This document shows positions 29,134-37,990 of a stretch of DNA of 64,000 nucleotides, in pieces. The position numbers were made by a program, and so were the translations under genes. The stretch's first letter is position 1, and every line of letters begins with the position of its first letter. The stretch lies in IMG/VR virus record IMGVR_UViG_3300021255_000111; one strand, given 5' to 3'. The notes under the pieces were generated by a model. The model was not told the origin of the DNA and searched no databases. It worked only from the letters and a program-made list of their open reading frames with translations. This stretch comes from an uncultured virus (IMG/VR IMGVR_UViG_3300021255_000111) (taxonomy: Duplodnaviria > Heunggongvirae > Uroviricota > Caudoviricetes).

Positions 29134-30164
29134 AAGACTTCAATGTTTTGTTTACGTGCTGTGCGAACCACTTCAAGGAGCGTGCTGACAGCCTAAGAGA
29201 GAACGAGGATGGCGTTAAGGTCGGTATCTATGCTGCCAACTGCAATCCAGATAATCTGCCGCCAGACGATTTGGTTGACGGAAACTTCATCGTTCCACCC
29301 ATCACGGCACCAGAGTACCTTGATAAGATACTCGCAATCTGTCTCGGTCATGGAATAGACATCATCATCCCGACTGCTACTGTAGAGTTGCGGATGATGG
29401 CAGAGAACAATGGATTCTTTGAGCGTCACGGCATCAAAGTATCTGTAGCATCACCAGAGGCTATATCTGTCTTGAATGACAAAATGGCCCTACAGCGTGT
29501 TTACGGTTCTCTCATGCCCATCCAATCCACCCCCAAGACAATAGACGATTTAGCGGACTTCTACAGGCTTCTGCCGAAAGATTCTGGAGTTTGCTGCAAA
29601 CTCTCTGACCATGCAGGAGGGAACGGCTTCGCCATCGTTGATGATGAAAAGGCAACAGACATCACCCTGTTCAATAAGTTCGGGGAGAATACGTATATCA
29701 GCAAGGCTACCCTTGCTCAGATTGTATTGAAGAATCCTGGCCGTATCATTGTGCAGGAGTATGTCAAAGGTATTGACTTCTCTGTAAGTGTTCTGGCATG
29801 GAACGGTGCTGTTACACATATTGTCGGCTATGCAGGCTACCAGATGAGTTATGGTGCCATCGTGAATGGAGAGATACGCTACAACAGCAAGGCTTATGAG
29901 ATAGCAACTAAGCTGACTAAGGAAATCTGTCTTGATGGTAACGCATGTTTCGACTTCCGCATCAAGGATGACGGAACGGTGGTGCTTCTGGAGGTAAACC
30001 CCAGAGTTAACGCCTCACTGCCATTCGTTTGGAAGGCAGGAGTGAATATGCTATACCTCAGATGTAAGAACCTGTATGGTGATTACTCCGACATGTATCA
30101 GTACAACAACATCAAGTTTGGCCTCAAAATGAAGAAGTATCATGGAAGCAGGTATTTCCTTTAA
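29130..30164 (+). CDS. ATP-grasp ligase (carbamoyl-phosphate synthase-like)
   Basis: 'LNDK', 'IVQEYVKG', 'FDF', 'LLEVNPR'. Confidence 0.85.
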   Translation: MKDFNVLFTCCANHFKERADSLRENEDGVKVGIYAANCNPDNLPPDDLVDGNFIVPPITAPEYLDKILAICLGHGIDIIIPTATVELRMMAENNGFFERHGIKVSVASPEAISVLNDKMALQRVYGSLMPIQSTPKTIDDLADFYRLLPKDSGVCCKLSDHAGGNGFAIVDDEKATDITLFNKFGENTYISKATLAQIVLKNPGRIIVQEYVKGIDFSVSVLAWNGAVTHIVGYAGYQMSYGAIVNGEIRYNSKAYEIATKLTKEICLDGNACFDFRIKDDGTVVLLEVNPRVNASLPFVWKAGVNMLYLRCKNLYGDYSDMYQYNNIKFGLKMKKYHGSRYFL

Positions 30165-30876
30165 CATCTACGTCATGTCCTACCAGAGATATGACCGCAT
30201 CGTTACTCAGAATCTCTTCGAGTACTGTACGTATGTTGTCAGAGAGGAAGAGGCAGAGAAATACAGGGAGGCAGGAGTAAAGAACCTGCTCATCATTCCC
30301 AAGGATTGTCCTGTCTGGAACTTCATGGACACTCTCTGGTGGACGATCTGGAACACTCCAGAGGACGTTATCTTCATCGCAGACGATGACATCACTCGTT
30401 TCATCTACAGGATGAATAACTGGTTGGCAATAGATACCGCCAACTTCAACAATCCTGTTGAGACGGTGACGGCTGAGATAGAGCGAATCGCTCAGATTCT
30501 TGTTGACCTCAATTTGGGTCTGGCGTATGACGGACCACAGAAAACGCTCTTCGCCTATGACAGAGAATGGAACTTCAAAGGAATGCCCGGTCACTGTCGG
30601 TGGGTGAACAAGAAGGCTCTCAAAGCCAAGTACGACTGCAAGGACATGGCCTCATCTGATATTGATATGGCCATGCAGGAAATGTTGCTCAATCGCATCA
30701 CCTTGCAGCCGAAGTATTTCCTGTCTGACGCAGGTCAGATGGAAACCAACGCAGGCGGTGAGACGAATACCAGAGAAGAGACGTTCCAAGGCCGTCTGGC
30801 GATGGAGAACAAATGGGGAAAGTACTACCAGTATGATGTGCGCAAGAATCAAGCCAAAATCAACATAAAAAGGTAA
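30142..30876 (+). CDS. GREB1/TET-associated-type GT-A glycosyltransferase
   Basis: 'IYVMSYQR', 'VVREEEAEKY', DxD-like 'ADDDI', 'DIDMAMQ'. Confidence 0.65.
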   Translation: MEAGISFNIYVMSYQRYDRIVTQNLFEYCTYVVREEEAEKYREAGVKNLLIIPKDCPVWNFMDTLWWTIWNTPEDVIFIADDDITRFIYRMNNWLAIDTANFNNPVETVTAEIERIAQILVDLNLGLAYDGPQKTLFAYDREWNFKGMPGHCRWVNKKALKAKYDCKDMASSDIDMAMQEMLLNRITLQPKYFLSDAGQMETNAGGETNTREETFQGRLAMENKWGKYYQYDVRKNQAKINIKR

Positions 30877-30966
30877 AAGAAATTTATTGCGTTAAACTTT
30901 GATAACTGTTTGGAAATCAGCCAATTATTTGGTAACTTTGCAAATAAAACCAATAAAGCAAAGAAT

Positions 30967-31968
30967 ATGATGAACAAAGGTGGTTATACACGACATTCAC
31001 ACAACATGTTTGAGGTGTCAAGCCTCATTCAGAAAGCGTTAAGGCGTAGGGATGCCAATATGGCTTACTATGCCGCAAACGAGTTGATACCAAAGTACAG
31101 GAACTATCTCTGGAAGAGACTTTTCACTGTATCGGCAGAGGACTGTTTCGACATGATTACTGGCCGTATCGTTCAACTCCACACACAGGACACCAACAAG
31201 CAGGATGACAAGAACATCGCTGTTGCCGTCTCTACACTGTTGAACGCAAGAAAGAACAGGGATGCAGACTACTTCGCCTGCAATCTCTTGAACTCCAGAG
31301 ACACGAAAGATATATCAATCTATTGTGAGGAACTTGTTGATGACAAGACATGTGCATCCAAGAACGGACATTGTATGTTTGACCTCGCAATCTGTCTTAG
31401 AAACGCTATTGACGCAGGTGACGATGAGTATGCCGGCTATGCCTGCAATGAACTGTTGGTCTATTACAGGAACTTCGCTTGGAAAACGCTCATCATGAAA
31501 GCAAAGGAAATGGGCTTTGAACCAGTGGTTGCAGAGGTGCGTGCTTTAAAGGCTGCAGACGAGATAACGAAGCAGTCAACTATACTCTACTACTCCAAGG
31601 CCCTAACAACGTTGCTAAAAGTCCGCAAATGGCGTAATATCGAAAATTTCCTGCCATCCTTCATATACAATGACAAGATAGACCTCAGAATGTTCGACAA
31701 TGTGCAGTACCGTATACCAGATTACGTCTATGACTGTCATACCTATATTGGCAAGGTGAGAGGTCGCACGAAGCAGGAGTTTATCGTTGATGAGCAGGCC
31801 GCTCTCACTCCACATATACAGGGAGAGTACGATAACGCCAGTTGGTCACATTTCTTCTGGCTGTGCGAACACGGATTCTATCGGGAGGACTATACTCCGC
31901 ATCCTTCCAAGGAGCGTATGAAGGAACTTGAAACAGGAACCGTACAACTAAATCTGTTTGGTGAATGA
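30967..31968 (+). CDS. Protein with two MgsA/RarA C-terminal-like helical modules, no ATPase
   Basis: 'SLIQKALRRRD...LWKRLFTVSAED' with an internal duplicate; own promoter TTTG-N20-TAACTTTG at 30909-30940. Confidence 0.6.
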   Translation: MMNKGGYTRHSHNMFEVSSLIQKALRRRDANMAYYAANELIPKYRNYLWKRLFTVSAEDCFDMITGRIVQLHTQDTNKQDDKNIAVAVSTLLNARKNRDADYFACNLLNSRDTKDISIYCEELVDDKTCASKNGHCMFDLAICLRNAIDAGDDEYAGYACNELLVYYRNFAWKTLIMKAKEMGFEPVVAEVRALKAADEITKQSTILYYSKALTTLLKVRKWRNIENFLPSFIYNDKIDLRMFDNVQYRIPDYVYDCHTYIGKVRGRTKQEFIVDEQAALTPHIQGEYDNASWSHFFWLCEHGFYREDYTPHPSKERMKELETGTVQLNLFGE

Positions 31969-32348
31969 GAAAAGTATCAGATGCAGTAGCCGCCAAGTTG
32001 GCGGCAAAGACACAACGAAGGAAGAATAAACTTCTGAAAGCCCTTGCCGAAAGCAAGGGTATCGTTGCGTATGCCTGCGAGGCTGCAGGTGTAAGCAGAA
32101 ACACGTATTATGAGTGGTTCAAGAACGATGAGGACTTCAAGCAGAAAGCGGAGGACATCACCGAAGCAACCCTTGACAGAGTTGAGGCCAAACTGTTGGA
32201 GGCCATCAATGATGACAACCTAACAGCCATCATTTTCTATCTGAAAACGAAAGGCAGGAACAGAGGCTATGTAGAGAGGATAGAGAATGAGCACATGGGT
32301 AACGCTTTCGAGAAGCTGATGAAGGAATTACCAGACGAAGAAGAATGA
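31965..32348 (+). CDS. Terminase small subunit (HTH)
   Basis: 'ACEAAGVSRNTYYEW', 'AIIFYLKTKG..RGY'; directly upstream of TerL. Confidence 0.8.
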   Translation: MRKVSDAVAAKLAAKTQRRKNKLLKALAESKGIVAYACEAAGVSRNTYYEWFKNDEDFKQKAEDITEATLDRVEAKLLEAINDDNLTAIIFYLKTKGRNRGYVERIENEHMGNAFEKLMKELPDEEE

Positions 32349-33859
32349 CCGTAGAGGAAAAGGGAAGAAGCAGAATGCAGGCATGGAGAAACGACTGGCC
32401 ACTGTTTGCCAAAGAAGTGCTCCATGCTCGACTTGACGATGAACAGATAGCGATACTGCGTGCCGTCCAGACTGAGAGGATGGTTGCTGTCGCTTCTGGA
32501 ACGGCAAGAGGCAAGGACTATATCGCTGCCGTTGCCGCCATCTGTTTCATGTACCTCACCCCACGTTTCGACAAAGATGGCAACCTCGTAAAGAATACGA
32601 AGATTGCCATGACTGCACCTACAGGCCGACAGGTGAAGGACATTATGATACCAGAGGTGTCACGTCTCTTCAAGAAGGCAGGCATCCTCCCTGGTGTTCT
32701 GTTATCAAACGGCATCCGCACCACCTATCAAGAATGGTACTTGACTGGCTTCAAATCGTCAGCAGACAACACTGAGGCTTGGTCTGGATTCCATGCTGTG
32801 AACACGATGTTCATAGTCACTGAGGCATCTGGTATTCCAGAGGCTACGTATAATGCCATCGAAGGTAACTTGCAAGGTAATTCTCGCCTGCTATTAGTAT
32901 TCAACCCAAACGTAACAACAGGCTACGCAGCGAAAGCCATGAAGTCACCACGTTTTAAGAAGTTCCGTCTAAACAGCCTCAACGCAGAGAACGTGGTAAA
33001 GAAGAAGAGTATCATTCCCGGACAGGTGGATTACGAATGGGTTAAGGATAAGGTGGAGAACTGGGCAACCCCCATCCGTCAAGATGAGTTTGATGAAGGT
33101 ATGGGTGACTTCCGTTGGGAAGGTGCTTTCTACCGTCCTAACGACCTGTTCCGTGTCAAGGTGCTTGGTATGTTCCCGAAAGTGTCTGAGGATATTCTTA
33201 TCCCTTACGAATGGGTGGAACTGGCCATCAAGCGTTGGCATAAGTTGAAGGAGGAAGGATTTACAACCAAGAAACACGCACGTGTCGGTGTCGATGTCGC
33301 AGGCATGGGTAGAGACTGTAGCGTTCTGTTGCCTCGTTACGGATCGTGGGTTCCGAAAATCGAGGTTCATCAGTCTGGAGGAAATGCTGACCACATGAAG
33401 ATAGCAGGAAAGACGGTCATCTACCTGCAAGATGAGAAAGCCAAGGCGTTCATTGATACCATCGGTGAGGGCGCAGGTGTATATTCTCGACTGCAGGAGT
33501 TGGAGTATTATAATTCATACTCCTGCAAGAACTCGGAAGGAACGAGAGGCCTGCATGACATCACAGAGCAGTACACGTTCGCCAACATGAGGGCGTATCT
33601 CTTCTGGTGTGTTAGGGACTGGTTGAATCCGAAGAATGGCTTTGCTCCTGCCTTGCCTCCAGATGACTTGTTGGTTGAAGAGGCTACAGATATTCACTGG
33701 TCATTCCTCAGCAACGGCTCGATAATTATTGAGAAGAAGGAGGAAATAAAGAAGCGTCTGAAACGCTCTCCAGACCGCTTTGATGCTCTGGCCATGACAT
33801 TCTATCCACATGATTATGACTACGCAAATGATGAAAAGTTGCTAAATAATTTGCTGTAA
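32345..33859 (+). CDS. terL: Terminase large subunit
   Basis: 'GTARGKD' Walker A-like, 'IVTEASG', RNase H-like 'GVDVAGMGRD', 'SPDRFDAL'. Confidence 0.9.
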   Translation: MTVEEKGRSRMQAWRNDWPLFAKEVLHARLDDEQIAILRAVQTERMVAVASGTARGKDYIAAVAAICFMYLTPRFDKDGNLVKNTKIAMTAPTGRQVKDIMIPEVSRLFKKAGILPGVLLSNGIRTTYQEWYLTGFKSSADNTEAWSGFHAVNTMFIVTEASGIPEATYNAIEGNLQGNSRLLLVFNPNVTTGYAAKAMKSPRFKKFRLNSLNAENVVKKKSIIPGQVDYEWVKDKVENWATPIRQDEFDEGMGDFRWEGAFYRPNDLFRVKVLGMFPKVSEDILIPYEWVELAIKRWHKLKEEGFTTKKHARVGVDVAGMGRDCSVLLPRYGSWVPKIEVHQSGGNADHMKIAGKTVIYLQDEKAKAFIDTIGEGAGVYSRLQELEYYNSYSCKNSEGTRGLHDITEQYTFANMRAYLFWCVRDWLNPKNGFAPALPPDDLLVEEATDIHWSFLSNGSIIIEKKEEIKKRLKRSPDRFDALAMTFYPHDYDYANDEKLLNNLL

Positions 33860-33883
33860 TTACGAAAGATGAAAAAAGTTTTG

Positions 33884-33891
33884 TAACTTTG
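33884..33891 (+). promoter_or_regulatory. -7 box (TAACTTTG) of the candidate sRNA
   Basis: Matches TAnnTTTG; no canonical -33 TTTG at 19-21 bp spacing. Confidence 0.6.
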
Positions 33892-33896
33892 CAACC

Positions 33897-33965
33897 GAAA
33901 TCGTTTCTTTTGACGATTTCATTGCTCTTAGTGCTTCGGTTCGTGATGAATAGGAGCACTTTTTC
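33897..33965 (+). ncRNA. Candidate antisense sRNA-1 against (A)GAGCA-AUG start regions
   Basis: 5' hairpin GAAATCGT/ACGATTTC, unpaired ATTGCTCTT, terminator AGTGCTTC...GGAGCACT plus T tract; complementary to 15 gene starts. Confidence 0.75.
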
Positions 33966-34044
33966 TGTTAATAAGCGTTATTGGCCACTGGAGGCAATCA
34001 ATCGTTAAGCAACCGTTAAAACTCTGTTAGCATTAACTAATCTT

Positions 34045-34200
34045 GACAATGGGAAAGTCAAGTTAAGTTAATGATTCGTTAAATCCTTCTCCTAAAGTTC
34101 TACAATAGTTCCAAAAACGGCCACCCTTATACTTATCCATCTGCATGGAATTAAGGCCACCATGAGGATTTTGCCCAAAATGGTTGAAATGTGCAAAAAG
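34045..34200 (+). repeat. Long intergenic repeat, copy C
   Basis: 42-bp identity with copy D (agttaagttaatgattcgttaaatccttctcctaaagttcta). Confidence 0.85.
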
Positions 34201-34206
34201 TTATCT

Positions 34207-34319
34207 GTTAATCTTCTGTAATGTATTGATAATTAAAAGTTTAATCGTTTTGATATTCAGAAAATAATGTGTAACTTTGCCAGAGCAAACAGCATTAAAC
34301 AACTTAAAAGTAAAGAGCA
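34207..34319 (+). promoter_or_regulatory. Class I promoter cassette
   Basis: TTTG 34249, TAACTTTG 34272. Confidence 0.85.
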
Positions 34320-34562
34320 ATGGAAACGTCAAGAATTAGTTTGAATCAGATTGAGGTTGACACAGCAACCTATCGTTGGAACCTCGGTAGAGCACCCAAA
34401 GGAAAAGGCCAGTGGTATTTCGCCATCGGTAACAGAAGAGAAGCAATGGATGACATCACGAAAGCGTTTGCCACAGGGTACATGTCTTACACTGATGCCG
34501 TCAAGGTCGCTAAGAGAGAAGCCCAGAAGAAGGGCGTTACTACCATCTACGTCTTACCATAA
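34320..34562 (+). CDS. Small early protein
   Basis: 'GRAPKGKGQWYF'; AAGAGCA-ATG start. Confidence 0.7.
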   Translation: METSRISLNQIEVDTATYRWNLGRAPKGKGQWYFAIGNRREAMDDITKAFATGYMSYTDAVKVAKREAQKKGVTTIYVLP

Positions 34563-34572
34563 CTCAACGGAT

Positions 34573-34815
34573 ATGAAACTGATAGGAACGTATAAGATAC
34601 CAGAATACGCTATCTGTGCCATTGAATATGGTGATTATAGCGGTATCTCGGATGAGGATGAGCAGGAGATTAAGAATTTCCTCATCAGAGAGTTTCCCAA
34701 TGGGTATGTAGTTGATTGGCATACTAACGAACCAGAGCATGAGCCGTACTTCTCATCGGTGCCAGAATTTGGACTGCCAACGACAGTAGTAGATGCAGAT
34801 TTTTATGAACCCTAA
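34573..34815 (+). CDS. Acidic small protein (DUF6926-like)
   Basis: 'IPEYAICAIEYGDYSGISDEDE...EPYFS..PEFG'. Confidence 0.6.
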   Translation: MKLIGTYKIPEYAICAIEYGDYSGISDEDEQEIKNFLIREFPNGYVVDWHTNEPEHEPYFSSVPEFGLPTTVVDADFYEP

Positions 34816-34827
34816 AAGATAAGAGCA

Positions 34828-35838
34828 ATGAAATCAGAATTAGTAGTAGAGAAGTTCGCTGACTTGATAATAGAGCGAATGGAACAGATGAAAGAAGCGA
34901 AATGGGAGAAAGGTTGGATTGGTACCACGTTTGGCGAAATGCCGATGAACATCAGAGGCAGGGAGTATAACGGAACGAACTCGTTCCTGCTTTTCCTCCT
35001 TGCAAGCATGAAGGACTGGAAGTACCCCCTGTTTGCAACCTTCCACCAGATTAAGGAACTCGGAGGCAGTATCAATAAGGGAGCAGAATCGTTCCCTGTA
35101 CTCTACTGGAAGATTGTGTACAAGACCAAGGACGGTGAGAAGATTGACAGCCTCGATGGACTTTCCAGAGAAGAGAAGAAAGCCTGTACGTACTATCCTG
35201 TGTTGAGGTCGTATAACGTATTCAACATCAGTCAGACCAACTTGGAGGAAGTTGCCCCGAAGGTCATAGAGAAGCTGAAGGTCAAGTTCCATGTTGAAGA
35301 GCCTCCGAAGGACACTCTTGGAATGTATGAGAACGCAGACATTGACGATATGCTGACGTACCAGAAGTGGCTTTGCCCCATTCACTACCAGAATCCGTCA
35401 AACGAAGCCTACTACCGTCCAAGTAAGGATGAGATAGTAGTGCCTATGAAAACGCAGTTCTACGATGGTACAAGTGAAGAGAAGAAGTATGTCAGCGGTA
35501 TGCGGTTCTACGATGTCCTTCTGCACGAAATGGCTCACTCAACAGGTCATGACAGCCGTCTGGCCAGAGGCAAGGGCAATCCGTTTGGCTCCAAGGAGTA
35601 TGCCAAGGAGGAACTGGTTGCAGAACTCACCGCAGCCATCATCGGCCAGACACTCGGCTTTGACCCTAAGATTATGGATAACAACGCCTGTTATCTGGAT
35701 TCGTGGATAAAGACCATGAAGAAAGAGCCAAAGTTTATCGTCTCTGTCCTGGCTGATGTTAACAAGGCAGCTCAGATGATTCTCGAAGTAGTGAATAAGG
35801 AACATGAAGTATTAGTAGAAACGGAGGAAGAAGCATGA
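34828..35838 (+). CDS. ardC: ArdC-like antirestriction protein (ssDNA-binding + zincin metallopeptidase)
   Basis: 'GREYNGTN', 'ATFHQ', 'YNVFNISQT', HExxH 'LLHEMAHSTGH', 'YAKEELVAE'. Confidence 0.85.
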   Translation: MKSELVVEKFADLIIERMEQMKEAKWEKGWIGTTFGEMPMNIRGREYNGTNSFLLFLLASMKDWKYPLFATFHQIKELGGSINKGAESFPVLYWKIVYKTKDGEKIDSLDGLSREEKKACTYYPVLRSYNVFNISQTNLEEVAPKVIEKLKVKFHVEEPPKDTLGMYENADIDDMLTYQKWLCPIHYQNPSNEAYYRPSKDEIVVPMKTQFYDGTSEEKKYVSGMRFYDVLLHEMAHSTGHDSRLARGKGNPFGSKEYAKEELVAELTAAIIGQTLGFDPKIMDNNACYLDSWIKTMKKEPKFIVSVLADVNKAAQMILEVVNKEHEVLVETEEEA

Positions 35839-36026
35839 AGTATCAAGTAAAGATAATAGAAACCCTCTCTCGCATTGTCGAGGTGGATGCCCAGAGTAAC
35901 GATGAGGCTTGGGATAAGGTTGAGAAGATGTATAAGAAATCCCAGATAGTCTTGGATGACACAGACTTTGATGGATATGAGATATATGGTCTTGGTGAGG
36001 TCAAGGATGGAAACGAAAACCAGTAA
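35835..36026 (+). CDS. DpnD/PcfM-like protein
   Basis: 'YQVKIIETLSRIVEVDA.S.DEA...Y...IVLD..DF'. Confidence 0.7.
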   Translation: MKYQVKIIETLSRIVEVDAQSNDEAWDKVEKMYKKSQIVLDDTDFDGYEIYGLGEVKDGNENQ

Positions 36027-36246
36027 GGCTATAGGATTGTTCAAGGATGGCAGGTTGCGGGATGCGCTTGCCATCTTCAAAACCTTCAAGATTGGCTTCA
36101 CGAAGGATGAGCGCAGGACCATCCAGATAGCCAGTGAGACATTGAACGGATCTGGCCAGTTCTACCAGAGGCTTGGCATTGATACCGCTCTGGAGGTGCA
36201 AAAGTCAATAACTGTTATCAAGCAGAAGTACATGAAAGTCCTATAG
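36007..36246 (+). CDS. Hypothetical protein
   Basis: ATG 36007; 'FYQRLGID'. Confidence 0.6.
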   Translation: METKTSKAIGLFKDGRLRDALAIFKTFKIGFTKDERRTIQIASETLNGSGQFYQRLGIDTALEVQKSITVIKQKYMKVL

Positions 36247-36347
36247 TTAATCTTAGTTTATGTGCCGAAAATCTCTGGAAGCATCGTTTTGATATTCAGA
36301 AATAATTGGCTAACTTTGCCTGTGCAAACCTATAAAAGTAAAGAGCA
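36246..36347 (+). promoter_or_regulatory. Class I promoter cassette
   Basis: TTTG 36288, TAACTTTG 36311. Confidence 0.85.
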
Positions 36348-36551
36348 ATGAAATTAGTCGAAATCAAACACAGAAAGAATGGTAAGGAGTATGTGAAGCG
36401 TGGTGCTTACATCTACTCGGTGAAGAAGAACGGTGAGTTATACGCTCATCCAGTATGGTACGAGGCTCTGTATGGCGAGAACACACAAGAAGATGTTCTG
36501 GCTCGTCTCCAGAGGTTGAATCCTAAGAGCAGATTTGAATTGAAGAAGTAA
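36348..36551 (+). CDS. Small early protein
   Basis: AAGAGCA-ATG start. Confidence 0.7.
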   Translation: MKLVEIKHRKNGKEYVKRGAYIYSVKKNGELYAHPVWYEALYGENTQEDVLARLQRLNPKSRFELKK

Positions 36552-36568
36552 CCCTAAAAGATAGAGCA

Positions 36569-36925
36569 ATGAAATTAGTTACGAAAGAAGTAGAGAAACG
36601 ATTGCAGGAATATCCGCTCTACAGTCAAGACGGCAAGAAGAAGGATGCAATCTGTGTAGTGAAGTTCTTTATGTGTGGTGTCAACTACACTTGGTACATT
36701 CTGGAAGCAGACTTGGAGAATAAGGTACTCTTCGGCATCACCATCAACAGCCACGGTGAAGCTGAATACGGCTACACCAGTCTGTCTGAACTTGAAACAG
36801 TCAAGAACAGTTGGGGGCTTGGAGTGGAGCGAGACCTGTACTTCGAGCCAACGAAGTTGTCAGACATTGACGATGACATCTTGAAGAAGTTCTTGGATAA
36901 CCTTTATTCGGAGGATGCAGCATGA
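36569..36925 (+). CDS. DUF2958-like protein
   Basis: 'VVKFF...TWYILE...EYGYTSLSEL...VERDLYF'. Confidence 0.8.
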   Translation: MKLVTKEVEKRLQEYPLYSQDGKKKDAICVVKFFMCGVNYTWYILEADLENKVLFGITINSHGEAEYGYTSLSELETVKNSWGLGVERDLYFEPTKLSDIDDDILKKFLDNLYSEDAA

Positions 36926-37070
36926 GTAAGATGAAAGATTGTTGCGAGAGTTGCAGGCATTGGAAGAGCATGGACCTCCATTACTATGAGTGTACTAACA
37001 GGTGGAGCCAGAACTATGGCAGAAGCATGAGTAGAGGACAGTCTTGTAACGAGTTTGAAGAGGATTGACT

Positions 37071-37355
37071 ATGGGAAAGAAGTCTGACGCAGGAACCATG
37101 ATTACCCCTGCATATCTCTATGATAAGGACGGTAAGCAGATTGGCTTCACCAACTATGACAACAAGGCGATTGCCTATGCGATGGCCAATCACGAAAGAG
37201 TAGATAAGGCTGAGACCTTTGATGCTATGTTCGGCAAGGTCACTGTTGAGAGGAAAAGTTTCTCTGCATCAGCACTTGAAAAGGTCAAGGATAAGAGAAA
37301 GTACGGTGAGCACCTGCTGTTTTGGGTAGGTGCTCCCTTGGTTGTTAACAAGTAA
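37071..37355 (+). CDS. Hypothetical protein
   Basis: Co-oriented ORF in an island. Confidence 0.55.
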   Translation: MGKKSDAGTMITPAYLYDKDGKQIGFTNYDNKAIAYAMANHERVDKAETFDAMFGKVTVERKSFSASALEKVKDKRKYGEHLLFWVGAPLVVNK

Positions 37356-37630
37356 TCAGAATAAGTTATGAAACAGGTATATGTATTATCGTACAACGCA
37401 GGTGTATTAGGAGTGTTCTGGTCAAAGGACAAGGCACTGGCAGAGAAGAGAGACTATATAGATAACGACTACAAGGGCGTTAAGGTTGAAGAATTTTATG
37501 TTTACTAAGATTATGGTGATGAAATACAAGATAGAGAACGGAAAGCACTTGCAGGCTATTCGTAGTCCTTATGATGGACGTGTAACTGGTTGGATAGACA
37601 TTACCGACAAAAACAAAAGGAAATAAGATT

Positions 37631-37990
37631 ATGGCACAGGAAGTAAATATCAGTCAGTCGAACATCAAGATAGAACTGACACCTATGATGAAGCAGTACT
37701 ACGATTTTAAGGAGAAGCATCCAGAGGCATTGTTACTCTTCAGATGCGGTGACTTCTACGAAACCTACGAGGAAGATGCTGTAGAAAGTGCAAAGATACT
37801 CGGCATCACTCTCACCAAGCGGACTTCTGACAAGACTAAGATGGCAGGATTCCCTCATCACGCCCTCGACACCTATCTGCCGAAACTGATAAGAGCCGGC
37901 AAGAGGGTTGCCATCGTTGACCAGTTGGAAGACCCCAGACTTACCAAGAAGTTGGTGAAAAGAGGAATAACAGAATTGGTGAATCCGTAA
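37631..37990 (+). CDS. Stand-alone MutS domain I protein
   Basis: '[32 protein letters not shown]', '[22 protein letters not shown]'. Confidence 0.88.
   Translation: MAQEVNISQSNIKIELTPMMKQYYDFKEKHPEALLLFRCGDFYETYEEDAVESAKILGITLTKRTSDKTKMAGFPHHALDTYLPKLIRAGKRVAIVDQLEDPRLTKKLVKRGITELVNP

Noticed and set aside
34060..34090. Xer dif-like site within the long repeats
   Set aside because: AGTTAAGTTAA only partly resembles a XerD arm and there is no credible XerC arm at 6-bp spacing
37631..37990. Truncated host mutS pseudogene
   Set aside because: Clean single-domain ORF in an island context; better read as a stand-alone MutS-I protein
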